From Anthoceros angustus (lineage: Eukaryota; Plantae; Anthocerotophyta), in assembly GCA_010909165.1 (NCBI GenBank), contig VJWM01000116.1, positions 496,001 to 560,000 of the forward strand: 64,000 nt of DNA. Direction: 5' to 3'. Numbering within the stretch: the first letter of the stretch is position 1; each line of letters opens with the position of its first letter. Shown piece after piece: positions 61,598-64,000 of the stretch. A program made the translations under genes and the position numbers. The notes under the pieces were generated by a model. That model was not told the origin of the DNA. It was given only the letters and a program-made list of their open reading frames with translations, and made no database searches.

Positions 61598-63257
61598 ATG
61601 AGTGCACCACACGCCCAGACTGCTCTTCCGCAGGCGGAGATCAACTGGGACAGGTACGGATGCTGCTTTGTTCCTAACGCTTGCCAGATAGTGCTTAGCT
61701 TGGATTGGACCGCCAAGCCCGTAGATGAATGTTTATCTTGCTGCTGGTGGGATTGGGATCATTTTGCCTGGATAGGGTTGGTGAATCCGCTTCTGCTGCT
61801 GCTGCCACTCCTGCCTCCTGTTGAGGTGCCTGCTGCGTTGATTGTGCAGATTGGATAAGTCCAAATTTTTCTGGACAGGGGCAGGCCTGTTTTCGGGAGT
61901 GTCTGCATTCCTGTATCCTATAACAGTCATCAAGACAAGGTCGCAGGTTAGTTCTGGAGATTCCAGCTACAAGTCAGCTCCGGCAATCTTCAAGCACATT
62001 CTCCGGAACGATGGATTTCGAGGATTTTATCGCGGGTTCGGGACTGTTATCACGGGGTTGATTCCTAGCAGGGTCATTTTTATGACAGCCCTCGAGACTT
62101 CCAAGGCAAAGACTTTGGATGTTATAAAGGATTTTGACCTTCCAGAAGCGACTCAGGCAGCTGTAGCAAATGGAGTTGCGGGCCTCGTCTCTTCTGTGTC
62201 CTCTCAGATTATTTTTGTCCCTCTCGACGTGGTAGGTTCACTGGGCTGGTTGCTTCTCTTCTTGGAGGAAATTAGTGTACCAGCTAAGCCATTGTGCTGC
62301 TGGATCTGTCATTTCCATGTTCCTGACTTCGCTGTCTATAGGTTAGCCAGAGATTGATGGTGCAGGGCACTCCAGGTTCTAGACAATATGCGGGTGGGTT
62401 GGATGCTTTTCAAAAAATCTGGAAGGCCGATGGCATTCGCGGACTGTACAGGGGTTTTGGTATGTCTGTGCTCACCTACTCGCCCAACAGTGCGGTCTGG
62501 TGGGCAGCTTATGGATCCAGTCAACGGATTATTTGGAGGTTGGTAACTTCTGTTGGAGCAGTCCCAACCCGTGAATGCTGCAAAGATGCGTGCACCTCTA
62601 GGCATTGACAACATGTTGAGCAAGTTATTTGTGTTGAAACTGTACTTCTCCACCACAAGGAAATGGTGCCTACGTACATCTTATGCGATGTGGTCTTCTG
62701 TAGGAAACTTGGGTTCACTGATGGGAGTAACAGGGAGTATCCAAGCTTAGCCCAGGTAGTTGGAGTTCAGGCTACTGGAGGCATTGTTGCAGGTGCTGTG
62801 GCGTCGCTGGTGACCACGCCCATGGATACTGTCAAAACTCGTTTACAGGTGAACTTTGGTGATGCCTGTATGCAGCCGTACGGTTCTTCCGGTGTTGATG
62901 CAATGCTTACGGTTCTTTCCTTGCATGTAATCTGTTAAATCAGGTGATGGAGCATGAAGGAGAAGGAAAGCCAAGTGTTGCACAAACTGTGAAGAGGCTT
63001 CTGCGTGAGGATGGATGGAAGGGTTTTTACAGAGGTCTGGGTCCACGATTTGTCAGCATGTCGCTATGGGGAACTTCCATGATTGTGACATATGAGTTTT
63101 TGAGTAAGTTTTTGGGGAACTTGGGACTTCTTTGTGCTATTGGAGCTTCTATTTTGAACGGATGACTACCTTTGAATTTAAGCTGACGTCCGCATTGTTG
63201 TGGGTCTGTGTAACAGAACGTTTTTCAGTGAAGCAGGACGACGATAAGGCTGAGTGA
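61598..63257 (+). CDS. Mitochondrial substrate carrier (SLC25A44-like), 6 exons
   Basis: EINWDR/LDKSKFF, three PX(D/T)XX(K/S) carrier repeats (YPITVIKTR, VPLDV/VSQRLMVQ, TPMDTVKTRLQ), GFYRG motifs, TSMIVTYEFL/KR. Confidence 0.94.
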
Positions 63258-63677
63258 ACGCGGCTGTCTCAAGGGTGGAAAGGTTTTTCAGCATTGGGTA
63301 TCCGACGGAGTCCACTTATTTTGTATGCACTCTCGCACGTTGGATCTGGCTGCCTTTGGATACGCAGCATTTGGCTGCCTACTCTTCTCACCAGCTTGGA
63401 GTAATGACCAGACGGCATGCGTCCTTGGAAACGGCCCAGTCCGTTCTCCTACACGATTCTTTAGTTTTATTCAGATTGGAGGGGTCACGTATAACCGGCA
63501 AATCATTAATCTCGTTAATTTTTTCAAAGACTTATTTGATATTTTTTTGGATCTGTAGTGATATATCTAGGTTTGTAACACCAACTGTAGTTATTACGTT
63601 AAGAAAATGTACCAACTCTAGTTGTAGAAGGATGGAATGCATGTCACAGAGTGCGTCCCATCTTGCTTCAAGGCTGC

Positions 63678-63840
63678 GCTTTCATAGAAATCACATCCAA
63701 AAGTTAGTGCACTTTCATAGAAATTTCATAGAAAACACACCCACTTTCATAGAAATCACACCCAAAAGTTAGTGCACTTTCATAGAAATTTCATAGAAAA
63801 CACACCAAAAAGTCAATGCACTTTCATAGAAAACACACCC
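63678..63840. repeat. Short tandem repeat cluster with TTTCATAGAAA core
   Basis: About seven copies of TTTCATAGAAA, with AAAAGTTAGTGCAC or ACACACC spacers. Confidence 0.8.
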
Positions 63841-64000
63841 GGGTCTCCGACTATTGAAGCTGCAAGCATATATTTAGTTATAATTGCAACTTGGCATGTT
63901 TAGCACAAGGATTGTAGTTACTATTACCATCATAGCTTTAAGAATGAAACAATTCTAACTATCGGTCATCACGCCATCAGCCGAAAACCAAATGAGTAAG

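Overview
Eukaryotic nuclear DNA from a land plant, probably seed-free (bryophyte or lycophyte; inferred from compact GC-rich genes with short introns and the gene content). Intact host genes lie at both ends. Left (2-13 kb): SR45, RPS25, an NdhV-like gene fused to CBM48, a KH/STAR gene, and three intronic snoRNAs. Right (56-63 kb): an LRR-RLK of the At2g16250 type, a DUF2993 gene and a mitochondrial carrier. Between them is a ~41-kb nested transposon island. It contains a long-TIR element with a full-length Ty1/copia inside it, a ~20-kb putative DNA transposon, LTR-like pieces forming a 2-kb inverted repeat, a gypsy pol fragment, and an APE-type LINE that runs directly into an orphan 26S rRNA 3' end. 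The best candidate for a new system is the large DNA transposon. Its Sola-like (DUF7869-type) transposase sits head-to-head with a gene encoding a ParB-like domain and a prokaryote-type beta-class N6A/N4C DNA methyltransferase domain. All TE ORFs carry many 1-3 bp deletions, which may be assembly errors rather than decay. All calls come from manual motif reading; no database searches were run.
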